Virus record (IMG/VR): IMGVR_UViG_3300020182_002648
Coordinates: 64,001 to 128,000 of that record
Source: a virus
Direction: 5' to 3' (one strand)
DNA length: 64,000 bases
In this document: in pieces, positions 19,328-30,572 of the stretch
How positions within the stretch are numbered: the first letter of the stretch is position 1
How the letters are laid out: each line of letters opens with the position of its first letter
The notes under the pieces: generated by a model
The model's database searches: none
What the model was told of the DNA's origin: nothing
Seen by the model: the letters and a program-made list of their open reading frames with translations, nothing else
Translations under genes and position numbers: made by a program

Positions 19328-19825
19328 AGTGTGTTTGTTAGGTGTCTAGTTATTAATGCTAAGTCTTCAATCTCTTTATTGAATCTTGTTAAATTGTGTG
19401 TTGTTGCGTAGAAGATGGCTGACTTGAATCGTAACAACACGTCGTTCATCAACTCATCGCTAGGTTTGTCATCATTCTTCACAGCGTCATCGCAAATGGC
19501 ATCCCATAGATCACCAGCGAAGAAATCAGTTACATCTGTCCAGTTTTGGTCGTCTTCATTCATGTGTTGTGTTATTTAGCGATTACTACGAAGGCGTCTA
19601 AGACGAACTCTAAGATGGCCCACCCGATAAACATGCAAAGCCCGCCGACTGCCATAACTCTGGCTTGAGCTGGGAAGAGAAAAAACCCTCCGATTAACAT
19701 GCAGCTCGCGATGAATATCGCTAAGACTACACCCATTGATCCTATTTCTATTTCTGGTGGCATAATATGTAATTATTTAATGTTATTGTCGTTGTTAAAA
19801 TTTAATTATAATCTATTCTAGCTGA

Positions 19826-20779
19826 TCAGGCAACTAATAGATGTTCAACCGCTACTCGTTTGGCTCGAGCCTGCATGCCTGATCCTAGATTGCTGATAAA
19901 CTTACGGGCAGACGGGTTCTTGCTACTCTTGGCATGGTGATCAAGATACTCTGTGACTGCATTCATCATGTCATAGCGTGTCTTCCCTTCATTTCCCATA
20001 CCCTCTTTGAAGAGATGAATAAGATCATCCACTCGATTGTTCATCATGGTCTTGCTTCTGTCTGATTTCAATTTAGCAGCCTTCTTGACAGTCTCTTTGT
20101 CTCGGAAATCATTGAAGAAGTTCTGAGCGAATGATTTAGCCTGTCCTTCGCTCATGTTCACCTTGTACAATTTACTTGCGATATGTTGAAACTCTTTGAT
20201 CTGTCCTACACTCCTGCTGAACGCATCACGAGCCTGAGTCAAGTTGTCCTCCCATGTGGTTGAATGTCTCACACCGAATCCTCTGTCCTTGCTAGCAGCA
20301 GACAATGAGGCCATCATGTTGTTACAGATGATTCTGTTGTTGTATGACAGGAATGAGTTGCGTCTCATACCATCATGATACACTATCATGACCACTCGTT
20401 GCTCAAATTTATCATCCTTGTTGTTCGCAGCCTTAAAGTTCTCTGGAAGTTTAGCACTCACCCAACAGGTCTTTCCGTGATTAACAATTCCGGCGGATTC
20501 ATAAACCGCCCCGGCGTCTTTGACTGTCTCATCAAATGGCGCGAACATGTCTTCATTGTCAACGATGTTGTAACGATCACTACATGTACCTAACACGAAA
20601 TGATTGTCCTCACGACGCAACAGATACTTACCAGACACTTCATCACCTTCAGGTGTGTGCATTGGTACTTTCTCCATTTTGAAGTTGAGTTGGCTCCTCT
20701 CAAGGACGTTACTAAAGTCGATTTCACCGGTCAAGTCTGTGCCGGTTTTCTTATCTAAGCTGGTTAATTGACTGATCAT
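19826..20779 (-). CDS. DUF932 family protein (start revised, leaderless MISQL)
   Basis: Y.iv.N..mF, ESAG...G..cW, HDG, RIICNN, RHS, NAVTEYLDH motifs. Confidence 0.8.
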   Translation of the reverse strand: MISQLTSLDKKTGTDLTGEIDFSNVLERSQLNFKMEKVPMHTPEGDEVSGKYLLRREDNHFVLGTCSDRYNIVDNEDMFAPFDETVKDAGAVYESAGIVNHGKTCWVSAKLPENFKAANNKDDKFEQRVVMIVYHDGMRRNSFLSYNNRIICNNMMASLSAASKDRGFGVRHSTTWEDNLTQARDAFSRSVGQIKEFQHIASKLYKVNMSEGQAKSFAQNFFNDFRDKETVKKAAKLKSDRSKTMMNNRVDDLIHLFKEGMGNEGKTRYDMMNAVTEYLDHHAKSSKNPSARKFISNLGSGMQARAKRVAVEHLLVA

Positions 20780-21048
20780 ATTTATATTATAATGTATATT
20801 GTATTGATGGGCAACTATTACATGCCCCATTCGTTAGTTACTTTAAGTTCGAACTTGGTCATCACCACATCATCTGACACTCGATCAGTGTGAGAGCAAG
20901 TGTATCCCCATGGTTCCAATCGTGTCAACATATATGAAAGGTATCTTTCTCTATGTTTGACTAGATATGAGTACTCTTTCTCGATTATAACCTCCATCAG
21001 ACTGATGCTAAATTCTTCTAATATCGACCTGACCGGCTTCCGTACCAT

Positions 21049-21777
21049 TTAGTCAACAGTTGCTTCAGCGAAAGCTTCTGCTTGAGTCTTTACCAAGATT
21101 GTCTCATAATGCGATATCATGTGTTCTAAAGCATCCTCCACAAACTCACGTTGACTCATGGAGCTAGCCTCCACTACATTTTTCAATCGCTCCTTGAAGG
21201 AACTGTTGACTATCAACGAGAAGTAACGATCATGTGTCTTCTTGACGTTTTTTCTTCTCAAGCCATTGAACAAAGACTCATCTGCATCTACTTTCTTGAT
21301 AGCTTCAATTGCTGGTTGGTCAAGTTTAGTGTGTGACCATCCTCGAGTACCGGACCGCTCAACAGTCAATCCGAATCGCTCGGCAGCTGTCTTGAACTTC
21401 TTATTATGGTACTGACCTCCACTGCAATCACTCACCTTCTCCACACATGCGTTCCACAGATGAGCCATCTCATGTAACAATGTTTCTAACAAGCATGAGG
21501 CACCTCTAGAGAGATATTCAGCACTCAAATTGATCTCAGGAACACTGTCACCTACTAAGTTGTCTTTCCAGAAACCATTTCCAAACCACCCGTAGGCATT
21601 GCGACGACCACTCTCTTGAATGGTTATGACTACATTGGGTAGTTTGTTCTCTGCGAACGTCGCGTTAAAAATGTCAAATGCACGATACAGCTCAGAATAC
21701 AATTGCTGGCTTCGTGATGCGGGACTAGAGACATACCTTCCGGTTTTTTGATCTCTATATTTGGTTTTCTGTTTCAT
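21049..21777 (-). CDS. SprT-like zinc metalloprotease
   Basis: EINLS...LLHEMAH...YHNKKFK; leaderless promoter. Confidence 0.8.
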   Translation of the reverse strand: MKQKTKYRDQKTGRYVSSPASRSQQLYSELYRAFDIFNATFAENKLPNVVITIQESGRRNAYGWFGNGFWKDNLVGDSVPEINLSAEYLSRGASCLLETLLHEMAHLWNACVEKVSDCSGGQYHNKKFKTAAERFGLTVERSGTRGWSHTKLDQPAIEAIKKVDADESLFNGLRRKNVKKTHDRYFSLIVNSSFKERLKNVVEASSMSQREFVEDALEHMISHYETILVKTQAEAFAEATVD

Positions 21778-21820
21778 GTCTTTATTATATACTATTGAAT
21801 TGTGTTGTGCAACTTAAAGT

Positions 21821-22081
21821 TTAATATCCCCAATCGAATCCATCACGTCGGAATAGATTGATCTTACCATCATGAGATTTATACTCCTTGATGTATTGCT
21901 TTGCGTTATTCTCTTTTGCTTTAGTGTGTCGCTTGAGCACTCTGTCTCTCTCAGCATCTCTTTTCTTCATTACCTTGGGGTCGTCATATTGATTACCCAG
22001 GCGATACTCTTGGGAACCACAGGACGATAGAAACAATACAGAAGTTATTAATAGTGCTTTCATTTTGTCATGATATAGCAA
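21821..22081 (-). CDS. putative lipoprotein
   Basis: lipobox LSSC after hydrophobic stretch. Confidence 0.55.
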   Translation of the reverse strand: MLYHDKMKALLITSVLFLSSCGSQEYRLGNQYDDPKVMKKRDAERDRVLKRHTKAKENNAKQYIKEYKSHDGKINLFRRDGFDWGY

Positions 22082-22978
22082 TCCTCTTTGCTTTTGTCAA
22101 TTCCAAGGCATGGATAAATCTTACGGTCATCTCCTAGAACAGTATATGTTGCATGACCGTTATTCTCGAACGTAAGCTCCGTTACTGTTCCCTTGCGGTA
22201 AGACCCGGCATGATAAAACCACACCCTGTCTTTGATCTTTCTTTTGTGTCTCTTAGGAAATGTCTTTTTCTTCATGTCCTGGTAATTCTCTAGCGTATGA
22301 TTCTATCAAAGCTATACATGATTGAGCTAGCGCTTCAACTGACGGTGCCATGATATCAACTGGCTTGGGTTTGCCATTCTTTCCTGGTTTGCTTATCTCT
22401 AGTCTCTCTTTGCTCAACTCGATCAAGTTCCTGATTGCGATTGATTGCTTGAGTGTTGGAGATGTATCAGACATCATGACGTCATTTATACCGAATGGGT
22501 GTCGGCAGCTAAACCAAAACGCTTTCATTTCATCCTTGAACCAGCTCATCTCTTTTTGTATCGATTCCTCTTGATGTTGTTAGCTACAAATTCTTCTGCC
22601 ATTTTGACTCTCTTCTCGAGAGACTTGCCTCGAGGCCATCCCTTGGTGAATATTATACTCTCCAAGCCTGTACTGATCATATTCTCGTACTCGAATACAT
22701 CCTTCTTCTTTATCAAGAGTATGGTGATCCCGTCATCAAAATGAACTGAGTAACGTGCAGCTAGTTCTCCTCCTCCGTTGTATAATGAGCTTATAATCTT
22801 CATAGAAGCCAGCTGGCGATAAATCCTAGTGTTTTCATAAATTTTAGTTCTGGTAATTGAGCGAACTTATAGAAACGCTTCCACCAACTCTTGCTAAATA
22901 CCCAGTCTCGAGATTTGATGTACTGTGTTCTTATTAGCCTCATAATACAATTATAATGTCAGGTGATGTGATGCGCAA

Positions 22979-23476
22979 CTACTTAAGCTCCCATGGGAAC
23001 ACGATCCATTGATCATCCTCCACACACTTGTAATAGTAGTCTGGTGTGAATGATGTTCCTCGTTTGGTGAATATTGATGCAGTTTGAATAGGGTTACCGA
23101 AAGCCTCTTTCACATGGTTCACAACATGTCTCAATGTATTGCCTTTATCAGATATATCATCCACAATAAGAACTGGTTGTCCTTTGGAGAGACCCGGGCA
23201 ATTGATAGGTAAGCGTTGATATGTACGTATGCTGCTTTGTATGTCTTCTACATATCCGTTACTGGTGTCGTAACTCGCAACTCCCATGCTATAAACTTCT
23301 CTGACACCCATCAGGTTTGCGAAGGTTACAGCTGGTACCCATCCACCTCGGCTCAATCCGATGATCACTTGCGGTGGTGGAGGATGATATGTCTTGACTA
23401 TCTCTCTGCAAGCACGTTCTATGTATCTCCAGCTATAATGCTTCTTTTTACTCGTCCACTTGCGAATCCAGCTCAT
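22979..23476 (-). CDS. purine phosphoribosyltransferase (Gpt-like)
   Basis: IGLSRGG, VLIVDDISDKGNT PRPP loop, WIVFPWE. Confidence 0.9.
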   Translation of the reverse strand: MSWIRKWTSKKKHYSWRYIERACREIVKTYHPPPPQVIIGLSRGGWVPAVTFANLMGVREVYSMGVASYDTSNGYVEDIQSSIRTYQRLPINCPGLSKGQPVLIVDDISDKGNTLRHVVNHVKEAFGNPIQTASIFTKRGTSFTPDYYYKCVEDDQWIVFPWELK

Positions 23477-23848
23477 CGTTTAATTCAGTAAGGTTTTCGA
23501 TTGCGTCATTGAGACTTTCGAGAGTATCACCAGGTTCGATTGTGCAAGCATAAGCGTCGAGCGAGTATTCAAGTTTTTTGTATAAGTCATCTAATGTTGT
23601 TATATACTTCGCAAGATCTTTAGGCATAAACTTATTTATGCTCCTCCTGATCCAAAGTCGAGAAAAGTTCCAATTGATCTTTATTTTCTGTATTCAATGT
23701 TACGTTAGTGTCCCATATCTCTGTAACAATCTCATTAGCTAACTCTTCTTGAGCTCTGGAGCTACTCAGATTCACTTGACCTTCGTACTTGTCACTGAAC
23801 CGCTTGATAGTGGTTGTAATTTTGTTTTTAATATCGTTTAACATAAAG

Positions 23849-24826
23849 TTATTTGTTTTGCGCGGCGAAAGCTAGGATGTTATCTTCTCTTGACTCAAGC
23901 TCTTCAGCTGATAAAGTCCATACACCAGCAGTACCACGACCGTCTTTATTAGCTTTACCAATAGTAACTAACTCTCTTAACAAGTTATAAGCACGATTCA
24001 CGTTATCTTCTAGAAGTTTAGAAGCCTCGCTGATGTTGATACCGGTTGGTGACTTGCTCATAGCGTCAAGTAACGCTTCACGGTCAGCAGCTTTACGGTC
24101 AGCCTTACTACTAACTTTAGTAGTGCTTTCCTCATCACGGATAACAACCGCATCGAAGTCATAACCGTGAGGACCGATGACAGTCTCAAGCTCATTACAA
24201 GGACCGAATCGATTCTTCTCAAAATACACAACCCGGGCACCGTCATTGTCAACATCGTCGATACGATCGATCTTGAGGTTAGAGTCAACAGTATGAGGAA
24301 CAATTGTACCACCCTTGAGCTCACCACTCTTGGTCAAGTGCATGATGAATACTACAGTACATTCTGTATCTTTAGCGCGCTTAGTCAAAGTCTGTACAGC
24401 ATATTTCTCAAGCTGACGACTGTTCATTTTAGTCTTGCTAGTAAGAGCTTGAAATGAATCGATAACAATAAAGTCAAGATCAGTCATGTACTCACAAATC
24501 TCATCAATATCAGTCATGTTGGCGATTTGTACTCTCTTAGCATTAACTCGATTAGCAGTAAATGCTAACTGATAAATGCTCTCTTCACCAGAGAAATAAC
24601 CAGTCTTGTAACCGTTACGATCCATGCCGTCTAACAACTGCAACATGAATGTAGTCTTACCACAACCAGCTTTCGCAGTCAAAGTCAAAGCACTACCAGG
24701 TAGAATGCCTTCATCGAACAACGCATCAATCTTCGTGATGCCAGTTTTGAGGCGACGATTAAAGATGTCAGGGATAGTGATATCACATACCCTGGTGAGT
24801 TTGGTTGTTGTTAAGTCTAGATCCAT
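23849..24826 (-). CDS. RadA/Sms-like ATPase with C-terminal HTH
   Basis: Walker A AGCGKTT, SGEES, VIDSFQ, HLTKSG..HTVD, KNRFG. Confidence 0.85.
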   Translation of the reverse strand: MDLDLTTTKLTRVCDITIPDIFNRRLKTGITKIDALFDEGILPGSALTLTAKAGCGKTTFMLQLLDGMDRNGYKTGYFSGEESIYQLAFTANRVNAKRVQIANMTDIDEICEYMTDLDFIVIDSFQALTSKTKMNSRQLEKYAVQTLTKRAKDTECTVVFIMHLTKSGELKGGTIVPHTVDSNLKIDRIDDVDNDGARVVYFEKNRFGPCNELETVIGPHGYDFDAVVIRDEESTTKVSSKADRKAADREALLDAMSKSPTGINISEASKLLEDNVNRAYNLLRELVTIGKANKDGRGTAGVWTLSAEELESREDNILAFAAQNK

Positions 24827-25339
24827 TTTATTATATGTTAGGTGTTGTTATCTTGTTATACTATAATTATAACGTATTTGAGTAGTATGCGCAACTTTAT
24901 TATTTGTCATCTGCTGTGTCTGGTTCGCAGCATTCTTCTGCGAAATAGGTGCTTTTGATCTCAGTGGAAAGTTTCTGTTCATTTGACTGGCGAATCGCGC
25001 CCATCATGACTTCGCTCTGTTCCCTATGAATATAATCATCAGTCCCTTTGCTGAATATGTCATCAAAATTGTCTCCATATTGCGTTATGTTGTAAGGTCT
25101 TGGTTTGCTTCCTTTGCTCATATGTATATTATAACCTCACTCTTCAGAATGTTCAACTTCTTTCTCCTGTTGTATCAACTCGCGAGACACTTTCTCGGCT
25201 CTGACTACAATTTCTGGATGTGCATCATCGATCCACCAGTCAACAATTTGTCTCTTGTATAAAGCGATCTTGTCATCCTCAGTGAAATCTATAGTGTATT
25301 TGTTTATTTTGACCTCGTCCATATATAAATAATAACATA

Positions 25340-25735
25340 ATGAAGACGTTTAAGCAACATTTTAGTTCAGTATTAGCAGAAATGACCCGTCCAGGTCTAG
25401 CCAGATACTTCAAGACATCAGAGAGAACAGGAGAGACTAAGTTTAAGAGTCGTCAATACGAAGATGATACTAATGATCTTCTACGCAGAGCACAACGCAC
25501 AGTGAGCAAGCTCGATCAAGGAGACAAGGAGTCCATAAGGAGTGAGATAGCTGAACTGTTGTTCAAGATCGACATGATGTATGATGCATCAGGTGACGAG
25601 AGAACTGATGCAAAAGGTGACCTAGCTCGTAAGCGTACAGAAATCATCAAGAGAGCCAGACAAATGAACGCCATGCCCACTTACGGAGAGGCAGTTCAAT
25701 TTGCTAGAGATTTAAAGATAATACTGAGAGGTTAA
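25340..25735 (+). CDS. late protein with T4-like capsid-targeting N-terminus
   Basis: TATAAATA upstream; MKTFKQHFSSVLAE resembles T4 CTS MKTYQEFIAE. Confidence 0.6.
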   Translation: MKTFKQHFSSVLAEMTRPGLARYFKTSERTGETKFKSRQYEDDTNDLLRRAQRTVSKLDQGDKESIRSEIAELLFKIDMMYDASGDERTDAKGDLARKRTEIIKRARQMNAMPTYGEAVQFARDLKIILRG

Positions 25736-26052
25736 TGAACCTCGTTATTGACGGTAACTTGGTTTACCCTCCTAGCGAACTGTCTTGTATTAGAGACATA
25801 ACATTGTATAGCTCTATCTACAGTGACCTCACAATCGTTGTTCAGATTTGGCCTGAGTTGAAAGATGATGTCTGGTTCAGATTGAAAGCAGCTGGAGCCA
25901 TGGATTATGTGTATGAGATAACTGATCCGGAGATCGATGGTATTGTCATAAGCGATGCTAAAGGTAGTAACATCAGAGTTGATGAGATAACATGTGACAA
26001 TTTAAACAGTATTCTCAATCGATTGAGACCCTGGATTGATCTACCTATTTAG
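25735..26052 (+). CDS. hypothetical protein (possible degenerate HAD-like)
   Basis: ORF coupled to upstream gene; LVIDG start. Confidence 0.5.
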   Translation: MNLVIDGNLVYPPSELSCIRDITLYSSIYSDLTIVVQIWPELKDDVWFRLKAAGAMDYVYEITDPEIDGIVISDAKGSNIRVDEITCDNLNSILNRLRPWIDLPI

Positions 26053-26515
26053 TGTTGCTTTTCTTTTCAGCTACATTCTTACGACTCTTGCGTACCTGCT
26101 CCATATACTCGCGATGCTTCTCTAGTCGCTTCTGAGCTTCATTAGCTTTATCCCAGGCAGCCATTACTGATGGATCCTTGATAGGTGATTTATCAGAGCC
26201 GTACAATGTATGCTTCTCGTCTTTGACAGCCTTGTTAGCATCTCCATCCAATTGTTGTAATTTATCAATTGCCTCGTAGTTGTAAGGCATCCCGGACGGT
26301 CGATGTTTAGGTGAAGATGGTGAAGACGACATTCCGTTGTCTAACTTATAAACATAAAACATACCATTACCTACCTTCTTGATACCTGGTCGATTTTGCG
26401 ACAGATCCTTTGGTGCTTGTAACTTCTTTAAGAAATTACCAATCATGCTCTCACCGTTAGTTGTGATTGGTAATAACAATGTTATTAATGTCAAGGTGCG
26501 TATGTATTTGTTCAT
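26045..26515 (-). CDS. secreted hypothetical protein (start revised to MNKYI)
   Basis: signal-peptide-like N-terminus. Confidence 0.55.
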   Translation of the reverse strand: MNKYIRTLTLITLLLPITTNGESMIGNFLKKLQAPKDLSQNRPGIKKVGNGMFYVYKLDNGMSSSPSSPKHRPSGMPYNYEAIDKLQQLDGDANKAVKDEKHTLYGSDKSPIKDPSVMAAWDKANEAQKRLEKHREYMEQVRKSRKNVAEKKSNTK

Positions 26516-26534
26516 GTCAGTATTCAGTTTGATA

Positions 26535-26987
26535 TTAGTCCTCACGACGTCTTGGCAACACTTCAATCCGATCCATCTTACCGAGAGCTCGTTCATATCT
26601 CTTCTCGTAATCGATGATCGCATTTGCTCGACTAGCGGCTTCCATATTTTCAGCTTGCGTTCTAGCAACATCAGCTTCTGCTTGCAATGTTCTTTCTCTG
26701 GCTGCTAGCACATCAAACTCATCAATCGATTGACCGAACATGATACTCTCACGAGACACATATCGACTGCTCTCACGACGTTTGATGTTTCTGTCTAGGT
26801 CACGATCGCGGGCCTGCTCACGAGCTTCTAAAATCTCATTGCGTTCAGCGATGATGTTCTTAGCATCCCGACCAGTCGCGTAGTCTCCGGTGCTAGGGTC
26901 ATAAACAATGGTCTTCGATCGACATCCTACATTGAAGAGGATGGTCAGTGTTGCAGCGAGTTTCACTAATTTTAGTTTGTTTTTCAT
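26535..26987 (-). CDS. putative lipoprotein
   Basis: basic N-terminus, hydrophobic core, NVGC. Confidence 0.6.
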   Translation of the reverse strand: MKNKLKLVKLAATLTILFNVGCRSKTIVYDPSTGDYATGRDAKNIIAERNEILEAREQARDRDLDRNIKRRESSRYVSRESIMFGQSIDEFDVLAARERTLQAEADVARTQAENMEAASRANAIIDYEKRYERALGKMDRIEVLPRRRED

Positions 26988-27447
26988 AATCTTGTTTAAT
27001 ATGGTTATCGTTGGCGTATATCTAAGTATACGTCTATTTTCTCAAAGCGCAACTTATTTAAATATGCATCCGCTTTGTGATCGTCACTCCAGTCTGAACA
27101 TACAAGAACGCTAGCGATCAACGCTAACGTTCCTAGTACGGCATATAAAGTGATACCTTTGTTGTTTTTGTTCATTCTATAATTATAGAGATATAATCAT
27201 AGACAGGCAACTAATTATCAATCATCCCATGGATCATCATCAATCTCTTGATTACAATCAAGTGAATCCTCTACTGAGAAACTCACTTCATTAGAATGTG
27301 CTCCTGAGTTGATGATATTAGTAAAAATCTCCAGCTCATCACTAGTGAGATACAACGCGCCTGTATTGTTTCCATCAATTTCTAATACTGCATGCACTGA
27401 ACCAGATTCAGCTCGCGAGGCGATCAGTAGCTTCAATGCTTGCATCA

Positions 27448-27759
27448 TTATGCGGGTGCAGGAGCCGGGGCGTCCTCACTCGTAACTTGAGCCTGCTCAG
27501 CATCTGCTTGAGCTTTTTCAGCCTGTTGTACCGCTTCAACGAATGCAGTCTTGATCTCCTTGATCTTCTCTTCATCAGCGTCACTCACGATAGTGTCAGC
27601 ATCTCTCAGAGATACTTGCTGTACTAATGTTACAACCTGATTCAATGTGATATTGTTCAGAATGTTATTTGCTACGAAATTGACAAGTTCTTGCTTGTTC
27701 TCGATCTCGGGCTTTGCGTTAGATTTTGTGTCTTTACTCGTACTTTTTTTCTTGGCCAT
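27448..27759 (-). CDS. hypothetical protein
   Basis: ORF track. Confidence 0.6.
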   Translation of the reverse strand: MAKKKSTSKDTKSNAKPEIENKQELVNFVANNILNNITLNQVVTLVQQVSLRDADTIVSDADEEKIKEIKTAFVEAVQQAEKAQADAEQAQVTSEDAPAPAPA

Positions 27760-27989
27760 ATAATTATATATTATGTTTAAGGGTTAAATCAACTGATTCT
27801 AGTCTTTTTCAACTAGATATGTTCCTAAATTCTCTGACAAAACTTCGCATGCAGCAATGATAGAAGCTTTGATCTCAGGATCTTCCTCACCTATGCTAGT
27901 CTCATATACATCTAGTATGAAATCGTGAGTGATTTCTTGCTTCACCTCTCCTGTATCCATGTCGTGTGTCTCTTTATTGTTTTTGTTAC

Positions 27990-28517
27990 TCATAGTTCTT
28001 CAGTTAGAGTCTCGATCTTTTGTTCGATCTTCTCTATCTTAATATCTAGTATAGATACTTTGCTAGCCAATTTCAACCTTTTTTGTTGAACATCGATAGC
28101 ATCCACATGAACATCAGTGATAGCTTCTATGTTATCAATTTTTGTTCCTAATTTATTCTTGTCAATTGCTTCTAGTTTAGCCAATTGCACTCTGAGAGAC
28201 TTCTCTTTGGTTAACTGAGTCAACATCTCTCTGTTGGTACGTGAGCGCTCTCTCTGCAGATCGTCTCGATCTTCCTCTAGCTTGCTGATCTCATGAATCT
28301 TTTTAGTATCATCCAGATCATCACTCAAATCATCCACCTTTCCTCTGTCCTTAGCGTTTACTTGTGCGTACAGTGCGTCAGTACTTGAGGAACTAGATCC
28401 TGTAGGTATCATACTCTTAGCACGGTCAAATGCATTGTTCATTGAGGATGTACATCCAATGTTCAGTGACATTGCTGCAGCTAGAAGGGAGTATATATAG
28501 ATCTTGGTCTTTCTCAT
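27990..28517 (-). CDS. coiled-coil lipoprotein
   Basis: signal peptide with NIGC, long heptad region. Confidence 0.65.
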   Translation of the reverse strand: MRKTKIYIYSLLAAAMSLNIGCTSSMNNAFDRAKSMIPTGSSSSSTDALYAQVNAKDRGKVDDLSDDLDDTKKIHEISKLEEDRDDLQRERSRTNREMLTQLTKEKSLRVQLAKLEAIDKNKLGTKIDNIEAITDVHVDAIDVQQKRLKLASKVSILDIKIEKIEQKIETLTEEL

Positions 28518-28591
28518 GGTAGTAATAATATTGGTTTACGAATAATCTTGATTCGCTAATTATACTATGATCTATACTTAACGGCAACTTC

Positions 28592-29149
28592 TTATCGATA
28601 CTTGCTCATGTCGATACCCTGAGCGAGGGCTTTTGCTCGTGCAAAACCAGTCAACTTGTCCGGATCTGGTGCTACTCTGTCTGGTTCATCCTGGTGTTCC
28701 TCTGGATCTCCTTCGACTTCAGCCTTTTTGACCAGGTCCCCTACTTTAGCCTTGGCTTGTTTCTCGATGTTGCGGTATCTTTCTGCACTCATTGGTGGTT
28801 TGCCTGTGGTGAATGCACCAATTGCTTCAAAATATCGTTTGATATCATCTAAATTGTACTCATCTCCTGCCATTCTGCTCTCTAGTTGTGCTAGTTCTCT
28901 AATTGACAGGTCGGCTAGTTCTTTTTTGCTCATTGGTCTTCCAGCTTCATCAGCATCGTCCCATTGAACCAGCACTCGTTCAGCAGCTTGTTCCATTGCT
29001 TGGAGTTTTCTGTTCTTGGTGTCTCTGAATTCAGATTGTTCACCCTCCGGAAGGATGTTAACTTGACGCTTGATACCGGTCATTTTCTCATACGGGCTGC
29101 TGAAGTATGCTTCTTTTAAGATCTTGTCTACTGATTCATCGAAATTCAT
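28592..29149 (-). CDS. late protein, possible capsid-internal protein
   Basis: TAAATA-N5-ATG; MNFDESVDKILKEA leader. Confidence 0.55.
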   Translation of the reverse strand: MNFDESVDKILKEAYFSSPYEKMTGIKRQVNILPEGEQSEFRDTKNRKLQAMEQAAERVLVQWDDADEAGRPMSKKELADLSIRELAQLESRMAGDEYNLDDIKRYFEAIGAFTTGKPPMSAERYRNIEKQAKAKVGDLVKKAEVEGDPEEHQDEPDRVAPDPDKLTGFARAKALAQGIDMSKYR

Positions 29150-29163
29150 ATAGTTATTTATTA

Positions 29164-29868
29164 TCAGAACGCTGTATGCCTAGGTTTTTCTTCAGTATAA
29201 TTACCGTACGGGTGAAGCAACCGGTTCATTTTGAACTTATCCCTGGGGTAGTAATTCCACTTATCGTCCAATATGAACCAATGATCACGTAATATTATGT
29301 TCAGAAAAGGTTCATCCTTTTTATAGTGCTCATGGTGACTGTATTGCCTTATCAACCTCATGTAATCATCAGTTGTGTTGATATCGAGCCACGTATTAAT
29401 ATCAAAAACCATCATACCAGCATTAAAAAACTTCCTGGACTCATCCCCATTAGCGTATAACTCTGTTAGATTGTAGTATTTCAATGATTCATGTACGGTT
29501 TTTAGTATATAATGAGGCACAGCTCCTATAGGTTGTTGGTTAAGATCATGTCTCCATAGATCATATATACATCCAGTAGCAAACACATCACTATCTAGAA
29601 AGATCGCCCGGGTGATTGATTCATCTAACTTGCGGAGTATCTCTGGGATATACACCCGCTGGTGCATCAATGGTAGTTTGCTGATTTCATCTGATGGTTT
29701 AACGTACGTTATGTTATCATGAGAGATCATATCATCACTGGTTATTATATAGTAGTTGATATCACTCTTATCTTTCCTGTAGAACATGTTGATATAGTTG
29801 ATTGATTTTAATGTGAGCTTATGGTATGTTGAACCGCTCACTAGATAGCAGATATTAACACTCATCAT
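29164..29868 (-). CDS. glycosyltransferase family 8
   Basis: RAIFLDSD, FNAGMMV, LDDKWN. Confidence 0.85.
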   Translation of the reverse strand: MMSVNICYLVSGSTYHKLTLKSINYINMFYRKDKSDINYYIITSDDMISHDNITYVKPSDEISKLPLMHQRVYIPEILRKLDESITRAIFLDSDVFATGCIYDLWRHDLNQQPIGAVPHYILKTVHESLKYYNLTELYANGDESRKFFNAGMMVFDINTWLDINTTDDYMRLIRQYSHHEHYKKDEPFLNIILRDHWFILDDKWNYYPRDKFKMNRLLHPYGNYTEEKPRHTAF

Positions 29869-30572
29869 ATCTTCAACTTAAATCTATAAGTATCGTCTTC
29901 AATCCATGAGCCTATATTCCAATGCATGCCAGCACCAGTGAGGGGTATGTTCATGTTTGATTCTTGTATTTTATATCTCTCTGTTTTTGAGAGAGACTCA
30001 AAACTTTGATAGTCATGAGTAGTAGTGTTACAAATTGAACTGAACTTGTTATGACATACAGTCATATACCCACCGGCGGTGGTCATCATCACTTGATGAT
30101 GTTTATCTGCCTCAGAGTCTCTACTATCAAGAGCGAATTGCAATCCTCTTATACAATAATTCATGAACTTGCTTCCTGGTACTGAGTAGAATATACTGTT
30201 AGTCAATAATGGTTTATCATGAGGCCATCCTCCTAGACCATGCCCCGGGTGCTCTTCAAACAACACAACCTCGTCAGTAAGTAGGTGGCTAACATCTTTA
30301 AAACATTCGATGTCTAAGTCACAATACAATCCACCATACTCATATAATATTAAGTATCTGCTCATGTCACTCCTAGATATATTACACTCATAACGCAAGT
30401 ACAACCCCATCAACTCCGGAAACTTCTCTTCTATCAATTTCTCTATAGATTCATCAGTCCAGAACACGTGGTTCCAATCACGGTGGTGCTCAATCCATGT
30501 TGCTCTCCAATCAGCAAGCTTTGGTGGTATGTTATCATCTGACCACATCTGATGAATTGTCTTACAGGTCAT
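29865..30572 (-). CDS. glycosyltransferase family 32 (OCH1-like), start MTCKTIHQ
   Basis: IHQMW, SDMSRYLILYEYGGLYCDLD. Confidence 0.88.
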   Translation of the reverse strand: MTCKTIHQMWSDDNIPPKLADWRATWIEHHRDWNHVFWTDESIEKLIEEKFPELMGLYLRYECNISRSDMSRYLILYEYGGLYCDLDIECFKDVSHLLTDEVVLFEEHPGHGLGGWPHDKPLLTNSIFYSVPGSKFMNYCIRGLQFALDSRDSEADKHHQVMMTTAGGYMTVCHNKFSSICNTTTHDYQSFESLSKTERYKIQESNMNIPLTGAGMHWNIGSWIEDDTYRFKLKI

